Source of the DNA: Chthonomonadales bacterium
Lineage (GTDB): Bacteria; Armatimonadota; Chthonomonadetes; Chthonomonadales; CAJBBX01
Assembly: GCA_037443035.1 (NCBI GenBank)
Contig: JBBIPC010000001.1
Coordinates: forward strand, 96,001-160,000
Direction of reading: 5' to 3'
DNA length: 64,000 nucleotides
The position numbers and the translations under genes are program-made. Below, in pieces: positions 39,450 to 47,589 of this stretch. The notes under the pieces are model-generated. The model made no database searches. It worked only from the letters and a program-made list of their open reading frames with translations, and was not told the origin of the DNA. Numbering within the stretch: the first letter of the stretch is position 1; the number at the start of each line of letters is the position of its first letter.

Positions 39450-40601
39450 CTAGCGGATTCCTTCTTCTGAGAGCGCCTTGAAGAGTCGGTCGGGCTCGAA
39501 GCCTTCTCCCTTGTAGATCACCTTGCCTTCGCGGTTGAAAACGACGTTGGTGGGATAGGCCCGGACACCGAACATGGCCACCAAGTCCGTCGGTGTCTTG
39601 TTGAGCGCCACCGGGAACGTAAGGCCACGCTCCTGAGCCCACCGTTTGACTTCGTCCCTGGATTCGCCCGTGCCGTTGACAGCAATCACCTCCAGACCCA
39701 GTTGCTTGAGCCGATCGTACACACTCTGCAGTTGCACGACCTCATCGTTGCAATAGGGGCAGGACGTGAAGAAGAAGGTCAACAGAATGACGCGACCCCG
39801 GAGGTCGGAGAAAGTGATCCGGCGACCGTCTACGGTCTCTGTGGCCATCGGAATGGGTACTGCGGGCTCTTCGGGCGCTGGCAGAACCCGCGCCTTGATA
39901 GATCCAGAAGGAAGCTCGAGGCGAAACACGCTGTCGTCTAGTTTGGTGTCGAACGACACCGCGGTGACCGTCTCGACGATCTCGGGAGTCCCTTTCCGGT
40001 ATAGTGCCACGCGGCGGACGAGCCAATCGTCCTGGGTAATGTACACTCGGGCTGTGTAGTCGGCGTCGTAGTCGAACGTGATGACATAAGCTAGCGCATC
40101 GCCGAAGCCCTGAGGGCCGGACAGAGTACCAGCATACAATCGGCCGATCAGCGGATCCGTTCGGTCTTGCCACCGGCCCTGGAGCAACACTGTGATGAGG
40201 CGCGTGGCCGGTGCCGGGAGTGTCACGCCGGCAAGAACGTCCGCTCCGATGAGTTGCTTGGGCGCTTGCTTCTGCGTGAAAACCTGGCGTAGCATACGCA
40301 GCGCAGTGAGCTCGCGTCCATCGCAGGCGATTTCTGTATCGAAGTATGCCCCTCGAGCTGATAGACGGAACAGGTTGGGACGCTTCGCCGCCACTGCCAC
40401 CGTCGCTCTGTATTGTTTCTCGCCGAGGGTGCGGGTCCACTCCGTAGATACGCGCATTGTCTGCGCGGCTCTGTAGTTCGCTGCCGTCTTCATGAGCACC
40501 TGCTGCAAGTCGAGTGGGCCTGAGTGGGCGTGAGCGGTTCCCGCAAGTAGCGCACACAGTGCCGAGCTTGCGACGTACTCGATTCCACGCAGTGTTCTCA
40601 T
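39450..40601 (-). CDS. secreted LolA/DUF2092-like domain fused to a TlpA/redoxin domain
   Basis: Signal peptide AHA-H; KRPNLFRL..IACDG LolA-like beta pattern; CPYC and cis-Pro motif AYPT. Confidence 0.8.
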   Translation of the reverse strand: MRTLRGIEYVASSALCALLAGTAHAHSGPLDLQQVLMKTAANYRAAQTMRVSTEWTRTLGEKQYRATVAVAAKRPNLFRLSARGAYFDTEIACDGRELTALRMLRQVFTQKQAPKQLIGADVLAGVTLPAPATRLITVLLQGRWQDRTDPLIGRLYAGTLSGPQGFGDALAYVITFDYDADYTARVYITQDDWLVRRVALYRKGTPEIVETVTAVSFDTKLDDSVFRLELPSGSIKARVLPAPEEPAVPIPMATETVDGRRITFSDLRGRVILLTFFFTSCPYCNDEVVQLQSVYDRLKQLGLEVIAVNGTGESRDEVKRWAQERGLTFPVALNKTPTDLVAMFGVRAYPTNVVFNREGKVIYKGEGFEPDRLFKALSEEGIR

Positions 40602-40609
40602 CGCATCAC

Positions 40610-41266
40610 CTATCCAATCCCGAGCCACGTGTTCATCAAGAACCACACGCGGTCAATGAGCAGCGCCATTCGAGCCATGACCGTCGAGCCGAAAATGGCG
40701 CCGAAAGCGAACATGAGCATGAGCCTGCCGGTCCGAGCCGTGGTGCGCAGTACCGGGTTCTTCTGCTCGAAGGAGAAGAAGAAATACGTCATTACGGTGA
40801 TGATAATGACGACGAAGATGATGTTGTTCAGGGTCTGGCCCAGCGCGGTAACCGAGCTGCCAGGCGGCAGCATATTCTGGGTCACCCAGAGAGGCTTGAA
40901 CGAGCCGCGGATCTGCGGAATGTACAGGTTGGCGGTCGCCTGGAACGACTGGCCAGCGGCGAAGCCGAGAAGGATGCCGATGGAGAGCCGGCTCATCCAG
41001 TTATAGCGCTTGGTGAAGATGGTGTAGAAGAGTAGCCCTCCAAAGAGGGCGAAGACCCACGGCCACTGGCCGTCCCGTGTCATGGGCGTCCACCACTGGG
41101 GTTCCAGTATCTCGTGCCACGCTGCCTTGATGGTGTACCCCGCCGCCAGGCCGATGAACATGTGCTCGAACAGCCGGTACAGCCGGTTCTCGCGGTAGAT
41201 GAGTGAGAAAAGGGCGAGCGTGCCGATGGCGCCAATCCAGACTCCTATGGGATGGGACCACTGCAT
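40610..41266 (-). CDS. conserved polytopic membrane protein (about 6 TM), DUF6754-cluster subunit
   Basis: Hydrophobic helices; ENRLYRLFEHMFIG; TGATG coupling to the upstream gene. Confidence 0.8.
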   Translation of the reverse strand: MQWSHPIGVWIGAIGTLALFSLIYRENRLYRLFEHMFIGLAAGYTIKAAWHEILEPQWWTPMTRDGQWPWVFALFGGLLFYTIFTKRYNWMSRLSIGILLGFAAGQSFQATANLYIPQIRGSFKPLWVTQNMLPPGSSVTALGQTLNNIIFVVIIITVMTYFFFSFEQKNPVLRTTARTGRLMLMFAFGAIFGSTVMARMALLIDRVWFLMNTWLGIG

Positions 41267-42102
41267 CAGGCGTTCCCTCCTCTCCGCTTGGCTGCGTACA
41301 TACCGTAATTGCCCAGGCCGATCAGGACGAACAGCAGCACCAGAGACAACGACACTGGTGTAATGGCTCGGGTCGTGAAGCCCTTGATTCCCAACAAGCG
41401 TTCGTACTCGGCAGCCCCCTTGATGCCGAAGAGCATTCCCTTCATCTGGCCGGAGTCTATATACGTATACAGTTCTGGAGCCATGACCGAAGTAGGGGCG
41501 TAGCAGAAGGCAGCGTCCGTCGTACCGACCACGAGGCCAAGCCAACTGGCGTAGTTACCGCTAGCCGAGACCTCGGCGATGACATTCACGTCCTTGATGT
41601 TGTGAATGCCCTTCATCACGGGGAACTGGTCGAGCGGCTTGTCTTCCTGGGAGTCCCGCTTCAGCGTCTCCCGCATGTCCTTGACCATGCCCTTGAGCGT
41701 TCCCGCGATGTCAGCACGGTAGCCGAAGTTGATCCAGTCCCTGCCGTACTCGTAGTGGTACTGTTTAGCGAGCCCCTCCGCCACCTCCTGAGCGAGGATG
41801 GTGGACTGAGGATCGCCGAATGCGATGAGAGCGAAACGAAGTCGTTTGCGCATGAGGTGTTCCAGGATGACGCGGGTCTGAGGGCGGTTCTCCCCCTGTG
41901 TGCTGGCGCTCCACAGCGTCGAGACCAGCGCAATCTTGTTGGGATCTGCAGTCTCGATGGCCTGGTAGAAGCCTCGTGCCTGAGGCCCTACTGCCAAGGG
42001 TAGCGGAATGGGCACAAGAAGGCCCAAGACGACGATAATGAGCAGAGCAGCGTACAGGTAGCGCCGGTCAATGGCCTGTAGCTTCGTCCAGAAGTCGGTC
42101 AT
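41266..42102 (-). CDS. membrane-anchored alpha/beta-domain protein, DUF6754-cluster subunit
   Basis: N- and C-terminal TM helices flanking a soluble domain (YGRDWINFGY, GIKGAAEYE); TGATG coupling. Confidence 0.8.
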   Translation of the reverse strand: MTDFWTKLQAIDRRYLYAALLIIVVLGLLVPIPLPLAVGPQARGFYQAIETADPNKIALVSTLWSASTQGENRPQTRVILEHLMRKRLRFALIAFGDPQSTILAQEVAEGLAKQYHYEYGRDWINFGYRADIAGTLKGMVKDMRETLKRDSQEDKPLDQFPVMKGIHNIKDVNVIAEVSASGNYASWLGLVVGTTDAAFCYAPTSVMAPELYTYIDSGQMKGMLFGIKGAAEYERLLGIKGFTTRAITPVSLSLVLLFVLIGLGNYGMYAAKRRGGNA

Positions 42103-42911
42103 CAGTCTTCCGCCTTTGCCTCGAAGAATGCGCCGCGCTCCAGAGAAAGCCAGAGGCGCAGGGCGATGGCTAGACCGCCAATGCCCAGCCCGAACCCGAT
42201 GGCGCGTGTGGCCGGAGCGTTGACAGTCAGCAGCAACCAATTGCTGATGTTATCCAACCTGAAGAGCGACGCGAACGTGCCTTTCTCCGGAATGACATGG
42301 GTGATGTACTGACCAATGGGGATCTGCCCCAACATGACAACGAGGGCCGCAACCATGAGCAGTGTCGCTTCGGCGGACTTTACCCGGAATGCTCTGTATG
42401 CTGCGGAGATGATGAAGAACGCTAGGGTCGCGAACATGGCTGCGTCGAAGCTGTTCAGTACGTCACGGAACAAGGACCGGAAGAAGAGGGAATCGCGGAA
42501 GCCCAGACCCGCAATCGCCATGACCAAGAGCGATACGAGCAGGACGACGCTGTTCTCCCACCCCTCTCGTAGCTTGGTCACCTTGCCGACGTGGATTCGG
42601 ACAAGACTGAACACGCCGAGCCCCAACGTGAATGCGGCTAGCACATTGATGACGTTCCCCACCGTGGGCACTGCGAACGTCAAGAAGTTCTCGTCGGTCT
42701 TCTTGTCCACAGGCCAGAAGAACTCCAGCGCGTAGAATAGCCCTGCGAGGAACGTCATCGTTGCGATCAGGGCCTTGCGGGCGCGTCCCGGCAGTGCCTG
42801 CAGCGCGAAGAACAGCACGACGCAGCCCAGCGCCGCCAGGAGGATGGCAATCCACTTCCAGTGGCCATGGGCAGGTGGGAAGGCCGCCGAAAGGAACTTC
42901 TGCAGATTCAT
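42102..42911 (-). CDS. conserved polytopic membrane protein (about 7 TM), DUF6754-cluster subunit
   Basis: LAFFIISAAYRAFRVKS.EA.LL motif; Gly-rich last helix. Confidence 0.8.
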   Translation of the reverse strand: MNLQKFLSAAFPPAHGHWKWIAILLAALGCVVLFFALQALPGRARKALIATMTFLAGLFYALEFFWPVDKKTDENFLTFAVPTVGNVINVLAAFTLGLGVFSLVRIHVGKVTKLREGWENSVVLLVSLLVMAIAGLGFRDSLFFRSLFRDVLNSFDAAMFATLAFFIISAAYRAFRVKSAEATLLMVAALVVMLGQIPIGQYITHVIPEKGTFASLFRLDNISNWLLLTVNAPATRAIGFGLGIGGLAIALRLWLSLERGAFFEAKAED

Positions 42912-42927
42912 CGTCACGCTCCACTTC

Positions 42928-43710
42928 TCACTTCAATGTGAACCACTGGACGAACCACCACTCCTTGCCCAGTGCTGGGACCGTCATGCCAACGACACCG
43001 ATAAGTATCACCAGCAGGAAGATGATCTTGCAATAGTCCTGGCCAACCAGACTGCCAAGGAGTGTCGGCTCGCGGGAGATATAGGCGCTGGCCGCGTAAT
43101 ACTCGTCGCCTATAATCGTGTAGTCGCACGAAGCGATGAAGAATGGTAGCTGAGTAGTCGAAACGGTGCCCGCCACCTGGATGGCACCCACCTGCTGACC
43201 AGCCTCAGCAAAGATCAGCGACTCGGCAAAGAAGTCGCCGAAGAGAAAGCTGGCTGCCACACGCTCGCGGAAGATGGTACCGGCTACACCTGAGGCGAAG
43301 GCGAACTGACGATCGGAGAGGAAGTAGACCGAGTTCGGATCGTAGTCCTCTGGCTTGCCCGCAGCAGCATAGGAATCCCGGACTACTTCCTCAGCAACAG
43401 TGTAGAGAGCCGAGTCTGCCGTCGGCATGATGAGCTTGTTGCCAAACTTGGCGGCCGTCTTGATGATGTAGCTGAAAATGGTCAGTGCCTGGAGTCCTAC
43501 TACGCCGAGTCCGCTGAGACCGGGAACCATCAACAGAGGCCGTCCCATTTCCGTCGCTCGGCCCACCGCTTCGTCTATGGCGTTCAGGCCTGGGATGCGG
43601 CGGATGAAGTACTTGCGCCCTCGCTGTGCCGTGATGATCGTGTAGAGGATGATCACCGACATCAGCGCAATGAGGATCGCAGATTCCCACCTATCACTCG
43701 CGTGAGTCAA
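42928..43710 (-). CDS. DUF6754-like membrane protein
   Basis: IRRIPGLNAIDEAVGRATEMGRP, AESL, QVAGT, IIGDEYYAASAY, GQD motifs recalled as DUF6754 (needs HMM confirmation); TTG start overlaps the upstream stop. Confidence 0.75.
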   Translation of the reverse strand: MTHASDRWESAILIALMSVIILYTIITAQRGRKYFIRRIPGLNAIDEAVGRATEMGRPLLMVPGLSGLGVVGLQALTIFSYIIKTAAKFGNKLIMPTADSALYTVAEEVVRDSYAAAGKPEDYDPNSVYFLSDRQFAFASGVAGTIFRERVAASFLFGDFFAESLIFAEAGQQVGAIQVAGTVSTTQLPFFIASCDYTIIGDEYYAASAYISREPTLLGSLVGQDYCKIIFLLVILIGVVGMTVPALGKEWWFVQWFTLK

Positions 43711-44021
43711 GAGGATTCCCCCTTTCGGTCTTGCTCTCTGGACGTCGCCAGCTCTTCGAGCCTTCTGATGAGCAGCTCGACATTGTCCCGGCATTCCAGC
43801 AGACGCGAGGCAGCTGAGACACGGCCGAACCCGACGATGGGCGCGATCAATGGCGACGTGACGATGAGCGTTTGGCTGGCAAAGAAGGACAGCGGCTTGT
43901 GCATCTCCAGAAACAGGATCGCGGGTGTCTCCAGGCCGCGCCTGTGGATATTCTGGGCGATAGACTCGATCAGCTCGTCGCGCTCCTCCGGAGAGAGCGG
44001 CTCACCGAAGTCAGCGACCAC
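43707..44021 (-). CDS. small conserved hypothetical protein
   Basis: RRGLETPAILFLEMHKPL...LLE.RDNVELLI; overlaps both neighbours. Confidence 0.7.
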   Translation of the reverse strand: MVADFGEPLSPEERDELIESIAQNIHRRGLETPAILFLEMHKPLSFFASQTLIVTSPLIAPIVGFGRVSAASRLLECRDNVELLIRRLEELATSREQDRKGESS

Positions 44022-44505
44022 TGCGTGCGATCTCCACCGAATCTCGAACGAGTCTCTCGATTTCCGATCTGCTGGCCGACGTATCCCCGGTCGGGTACCG
44101 GAGGCAGATGCCTCGGAAAGCATCGAGGCGGCTGGGGCTGCTGAACGGCGAGAGTCGAAGCCCGTCCCGTTCCGGGATGATCCTGCGTATCCCGCGCCAG
44201 GGCATCTCCAAGCGCGCCAGGCCGTAAGCGCAGTGTACGGACCTGGACGTTAGGCGGTACCGAACCGGCAGCAGGAACTCGGCAGCCGAACCCATCACGA
44301 ACAAGGAGCCCAGCACTGACCCCATCCAGTGATGCAATGCCAGTCCGCCCACAGCCGCTGCAAGCACAACCGCAGCAGCTACTCCCCACACCTTGTGTGG
44401 CTGTGTCGCCATCAGATGAACAGACCACTCGGCAAGCACGACTTCCTCGGCGTGGGCCGAGTCACGTTCTGGACTTGCCGTCGCTTCAGGGTTAGTGGTA
44501 AGCAT
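44011..44505 (-). CDS. hypothetical membrane protein (2 TM plus PH-like beta domain)
   Basis: Two TM helices then FLLPVRYRLT...MPW...LSPF..PSRLDAFRG; start uncertain. Confidence 0.65.
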   Translation of the reverse strand: MLTTNPEATASPERDSAHAEEVVLAEWSVHLMATQPHKVWGVAAAVVLAAAVGGLALHHWMGSVLGSLFVMGSAAEFLLPVRYRLTSRSVHCAYGLARLEMPWRGIRRIIPERDGLRLSPFSSPSRLDAFRGICLRYPTGDTSASRSEIERLVRDSVEIARSGR

Positions 44506-44679
44506 GAGTGCATTGACCGCTTGCTGCAGCAGCCGATTGGTACCCGTTGGGAGCCCGAGGAGACGTGCGTGTTGACTAGTCGTGGCTCCCGACAGTGGCC
44601 CAGCAACGGCGCCCGCGACCACCTGGCCAGCGAGCACGAACCTCTCGTCGAACCCACTGGTCGGTTGGCAGTGTTGCGG

Positions 44680-44709
44680 ATTATAGTTTTCCGCGTTACT
44701 GGTTGTCAA
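44680..44709 (-). promoter_or_regulatory. perfect-consensus sigma70 promoter for the 44505-39450 operon
   Basis: TTGACA (44709-44704), 18 nt spacer, TATAAT (44685-44680). Confidence 0.8.
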
Positions 44710-44823
44710 CCTAACCGCAGAGGAATCAGACAAATCGAGATCCGAGCAGGCGGCTGCGACTCCGGCAGCCATGAGAGCGTCCGGAGCGCTGATATGCGTG
44801 GAGATGAGCCAGTGCCTCGGTCG

Positions 44824-44853
44824 TTGCGACAGTCAGGGGCTATTTAGTAGAAT
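44824..44853 (+). promoter_or_regulatory. sigma70-type promoter for the 5'-nucleotidase
   Basis: TTGCGA, 18 nt spacer, TAGAAT. Confidence 0.5.
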
Positions 44854-44893
44854 GTGGGCACCACGGTCGTGAGGCCGCGAGGAGGGTAGCAGA

Positions 44894-46432
44894 ATGCTTG
44901 TTCGACGCGTCGGTGCAGCCGTGCTCGTCTTGGCAGTGTTCGTCTGCGCTAGCTGGGCGGTCGTACTGCCGATCTCCAGCGGAGAGCTGAGTATCACGGT
45001 TCTGCATACGAACGACACACATGGCCATCTGCTACCGTTCAGCTACCCTGAAACGTTCGAGCCCAGTTCGCCGCTGGCACTGCTACCGGTCCGGAGAGAT
45101 GTGGGTGGTATAGCACGGCGCGCGGCCGTTGCGCGACGCATCAAGGCTCAGATGCCGGGACACGTCCTCCTGGTGGATGCAGGTGATTTCTGCGACGGTA
45201 CCCCATTCTCCACTGAGTACAAAGGTGAAGCTGACCTCGAGGCGATGAACGCCGCTGGCTATGACGTGGTCTGTCCGGGCAACCATGAGTTCAACAATTC
45301 ATCTCAACAGGTACGGAAGTTCGCCAGCGTAGCCCGATTCCCGATCGTTTGTGCCAACGTCAAGGACAGCAGCAGCGGTCGGTTGATCTTTCGCCCGTAT
45401 GTTATCCGGCGCGTGGGTCCAGTTCGCGTCGCGGTTGTAGGTTTGCTGACGGAGGATGCCAGATCGTATCCTGCTGCACGCGATGGGCTCAGCGTGGATT
45501 CCCCCCTTACCGTGGCGCGACGTCTGGTGCCAAGGGTTCGGGCAGAAGCTGATCTCGTTGTGGCATTGACGCACCTCGGAATCGAGCAGGACAAGCAACT
45601 AGCTATCAGCGTTCCTGGGATCGACGTCATCGTGGGTGGTCATTCCCATACGCTTCTTCGAACGCCGGCGGTCATGCGACCGACTGGTAGCGCCGCTGCT
45701 CGTCGCCCGACGATCGTGACGCAGGATTTCGAGTGGGGAGCAATGCTGGGCCGCCTGGACCTGCGGCTCGCTCGGAATGGCACAGGGGGCTGGCGAGTAG
45801 CTCGACATTCAGGCAAGGGAATCGTTATCACGAAGTCAACACAACCGGATCCCCGCACCTCACGCGTGGTGGAACGGTTCTGGCGACCCATTCGACCCAA
45901 GTACGGCAGAGTCGTCGGGAGAGCGGTCCGGGATTTCACGCAGAAGGGGCAGGACCACGCCGAGTACAATCTCGTTGCGGACGCTGTCCGGGAATCCACA
46001 GGCGTGCAGGTTGCGCTGGAGAATGTCGGAGGCGTGCGGGCGCCCCTTGTACGCGGGGCCATCACTTTCGGCGACGTGGTGACGATGGACCCGTTCAACA
46101 ATACTATCGTTACGTTTACGTTGAGCGGCCGGGAGCTGCAACAGGTCCTCGAAAGGTATAGGCCGGCTGTGTCAGGTATCCGCTACAAGGTCGTCGCTGG
46201 CCATCTGGAATGGGCCGCCATCGGTGGCCGGCCCGTGCGTCCTGAGCAGGACTACACCGCAGCAGCGAACAGCTTCTTCGCACGCAGCGAATTGCTGAGC
46301 GTCGCCCGCGACCGCAAAGACACGGGCATATCGCGCCTGGATGCTATTCTGCGCTACATCCAGCGCCGCCAGACCATCGCTCCTTCATATGATGGTCGGC
46401 GCATTGTCCGACGTATGGAGGATGAATTCTGA
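44894..46432 (+). CDS. bifunctional metallophosphatase / 5'-nucleotidase (UshA-like), secreted
   Basis: HTNDTHG, DAGD, GNHEF, LTHLG, GGHSH; C-domain N.GGVR and PFNN. Confidence 0.93.
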   Translation: MLVRRVGAAVLVLAVFVCASWAVVLPISSGELSITVLHTNDTHGHLLPFSYPETFEPSSPLALLPVRRDVGGIARRAAVARRIKAQMPGHVLLVDAGDFCDGTPFSTEYKGEADLEAMNAAGYDVVCPGNHEFNNSSQQVRKFASVARFPIVCANVKDSSSGRLIFRPYVIRRVGPVRVAVVGLLTEDARSYPAARDGLSVDSPLTVARRLVPRVRAEADLVVALTHLGIEQDKQLAISVPGIDVIVGGHSHTLLRTPAVMRPTGSAAARRPTIVTQDFEWGAMLGRLDLRLARNGTGGWRVARHSGKGIVITKSTQPDPRTSRVVERFWRPIRPKYGRVVGRAVRDFTQKGQDHAEYNLVADAVRESTGVQVALENVGGVRAPLVRGAITFGDVVTMDPFNNTIVTFTLSGRELQQVLERYRPAVSGIRYKVVAGHLEWAAIGGRPVRPEQDYTAAANSFFARSELLSVARDRKDTGISRLDAILRYIQRRQTIAPSYDGRRIVRRMEDEF

Positions 46433-46486
46433 CTTCGGGGACGGCGCCGGTTGGTCTCCGCAGTCTTATGGGAAGGGGGATACTGT

Positions 46487-47524
46487 ATGGGAATCCGGCC
46501 ACGTGTGGACGCTGAAGCCGTTGTTGGTGTTGACCTGGGCGGTACCAACGCGCGCGCTGCTGTCGTGTACGCGGACGGGCGTGCGGGTAGGGAGTGTAGC
46601 CAGCCATCGCGTGCGAAGGAGGGCGAGGATGCGGTACGGTCGCAGGTCATTCGCGTGATCCAGGATGCCATCGCTGCGGAAGGACTGACGCCATCCGATA
46701 TCGGGGCTGTTGGCATGGCTGTCCCTGGTCACATAGACCCGACGACGGGCGTGATCATCTGGTCGCCGAACTTCGGAACGATAGAAGATGGGAAGCTGCG
46801 CATCTTTCTCGATGTGGAGTTCGGTAAGCCCATCTCTGATGCCCTGGGAATCGCCGTCTTCGCAGGTAATGACGCGAACGTTGCAGCGATAGGCGCATTT
46901 CGCAAGCTTCAGCAAGAAGCGCCCGCCGGCCAGCAGGTCACCGACATTGTGCTGTTCACTCTCGGGACAGGCATAGGCGGCGGGGTGGTATCCGGAGGCA
47001 GGCTCGTCACGGGTAGTACGGGAGGCGCAGTGGAAATCGGGCATCAGGTCATCGTCGCAGGAGGGCGGAAATGCGGTTGCGGTACGCTGGGTTGTCTCGA
47101 AGCATACTGCGGCGCGAACGCTATCGTCGAGACGGCATTCCGGATGTTGGAGCGAAACCGAGACTCCGTCCTGTGGGACATGATCCGGAAGGACAAGATG
47201 GAGCTGACGCCCAAGCTGATCTCCGATGCTGCGAACAAAGGAGACGAGACGGCTCTGGAAGTCTGGAGGGAGGTCGGCTACTATCTAGGCATCGGTATGG
47301 CCAACGCCGTCAATCTATTCAACCCGCAACGGGTCATACTCGCAGGACAGACGCGCCACGGTCCTGGCCTCGTGGATGCGGCCAAGCGCTCGATGCTCCG
47401 GCATGCCATCTACTCCATCGCGAAGTCATGCGAAGTCACCGAAATGGAACTTGGCGATGCACCGGGAATACCTGGCGGTGCGGAGCTAGCTTGGATGGAA
47501 ATCCGGAACATGCGGTACCAGTAG
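46487..47524 (+). CDS. ROK family sugar kinase (glucokinase-like)
   Basis: GVDLGGT, NDAN, LGTGIGGG, EIGH, CGCG..GCLE. Confidence 0.9.
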   Translation: MGIRPRVDAEAVVGVDLGGTNARAAVVYADGRAGRECSQPSRAKEGEDAVRSQVIRVIQDAIAAEGLTPSDIGAVGMAVPGHIDPTTGVIIWSPNFGTIEDGKLRIFLDVEFGKPISDALGIAVFAGNDANVAAIGAFRKLQQEAPAGQQVTDIVLFTLGTGIGGGVVSGGRLVTGSTGGAVEIGHQVIVAGGRKCGCGTLGCLEAYCGANAIVETAFRMLERNRDSVLWDMIRKDKMELTPKLISDAANKGDETALEVWREVGYYLGIGMANAVNLFNPQRVILAGQTRHGPGLVDAAKRSMLRHAIYSIAKSCEVTEMELGDAPGIPGGAELAWMEIRNMRYQ

Positions 47525-47547
47525 ACGCATATACGCCTCAGGTCGAC

Positions 47548-47583
47548 AGAGGAGCTGTTGGGCGAGGCAGCCGCAGCTCCTCT
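47548..47583. terminator. stem-loop between convergent ROK kinase and ccmF
   Basis: agaggagctg / cagctcctct 10-bp stem. Confidence 0.5.
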
Positions 47584-47589
47584 TCGCGT

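Noticed and set aside
44575..44652. Resemblance to lysine-riboswitch junction words (AGAGG, GGGCGCCG, CUGGG, CCACUGUC, GGAG) on minus
   Set aside because: P3/P4 helices and the loop-E/kink-turn motifs are missing and the segment is far too short; kept only as an unassigned structured leader
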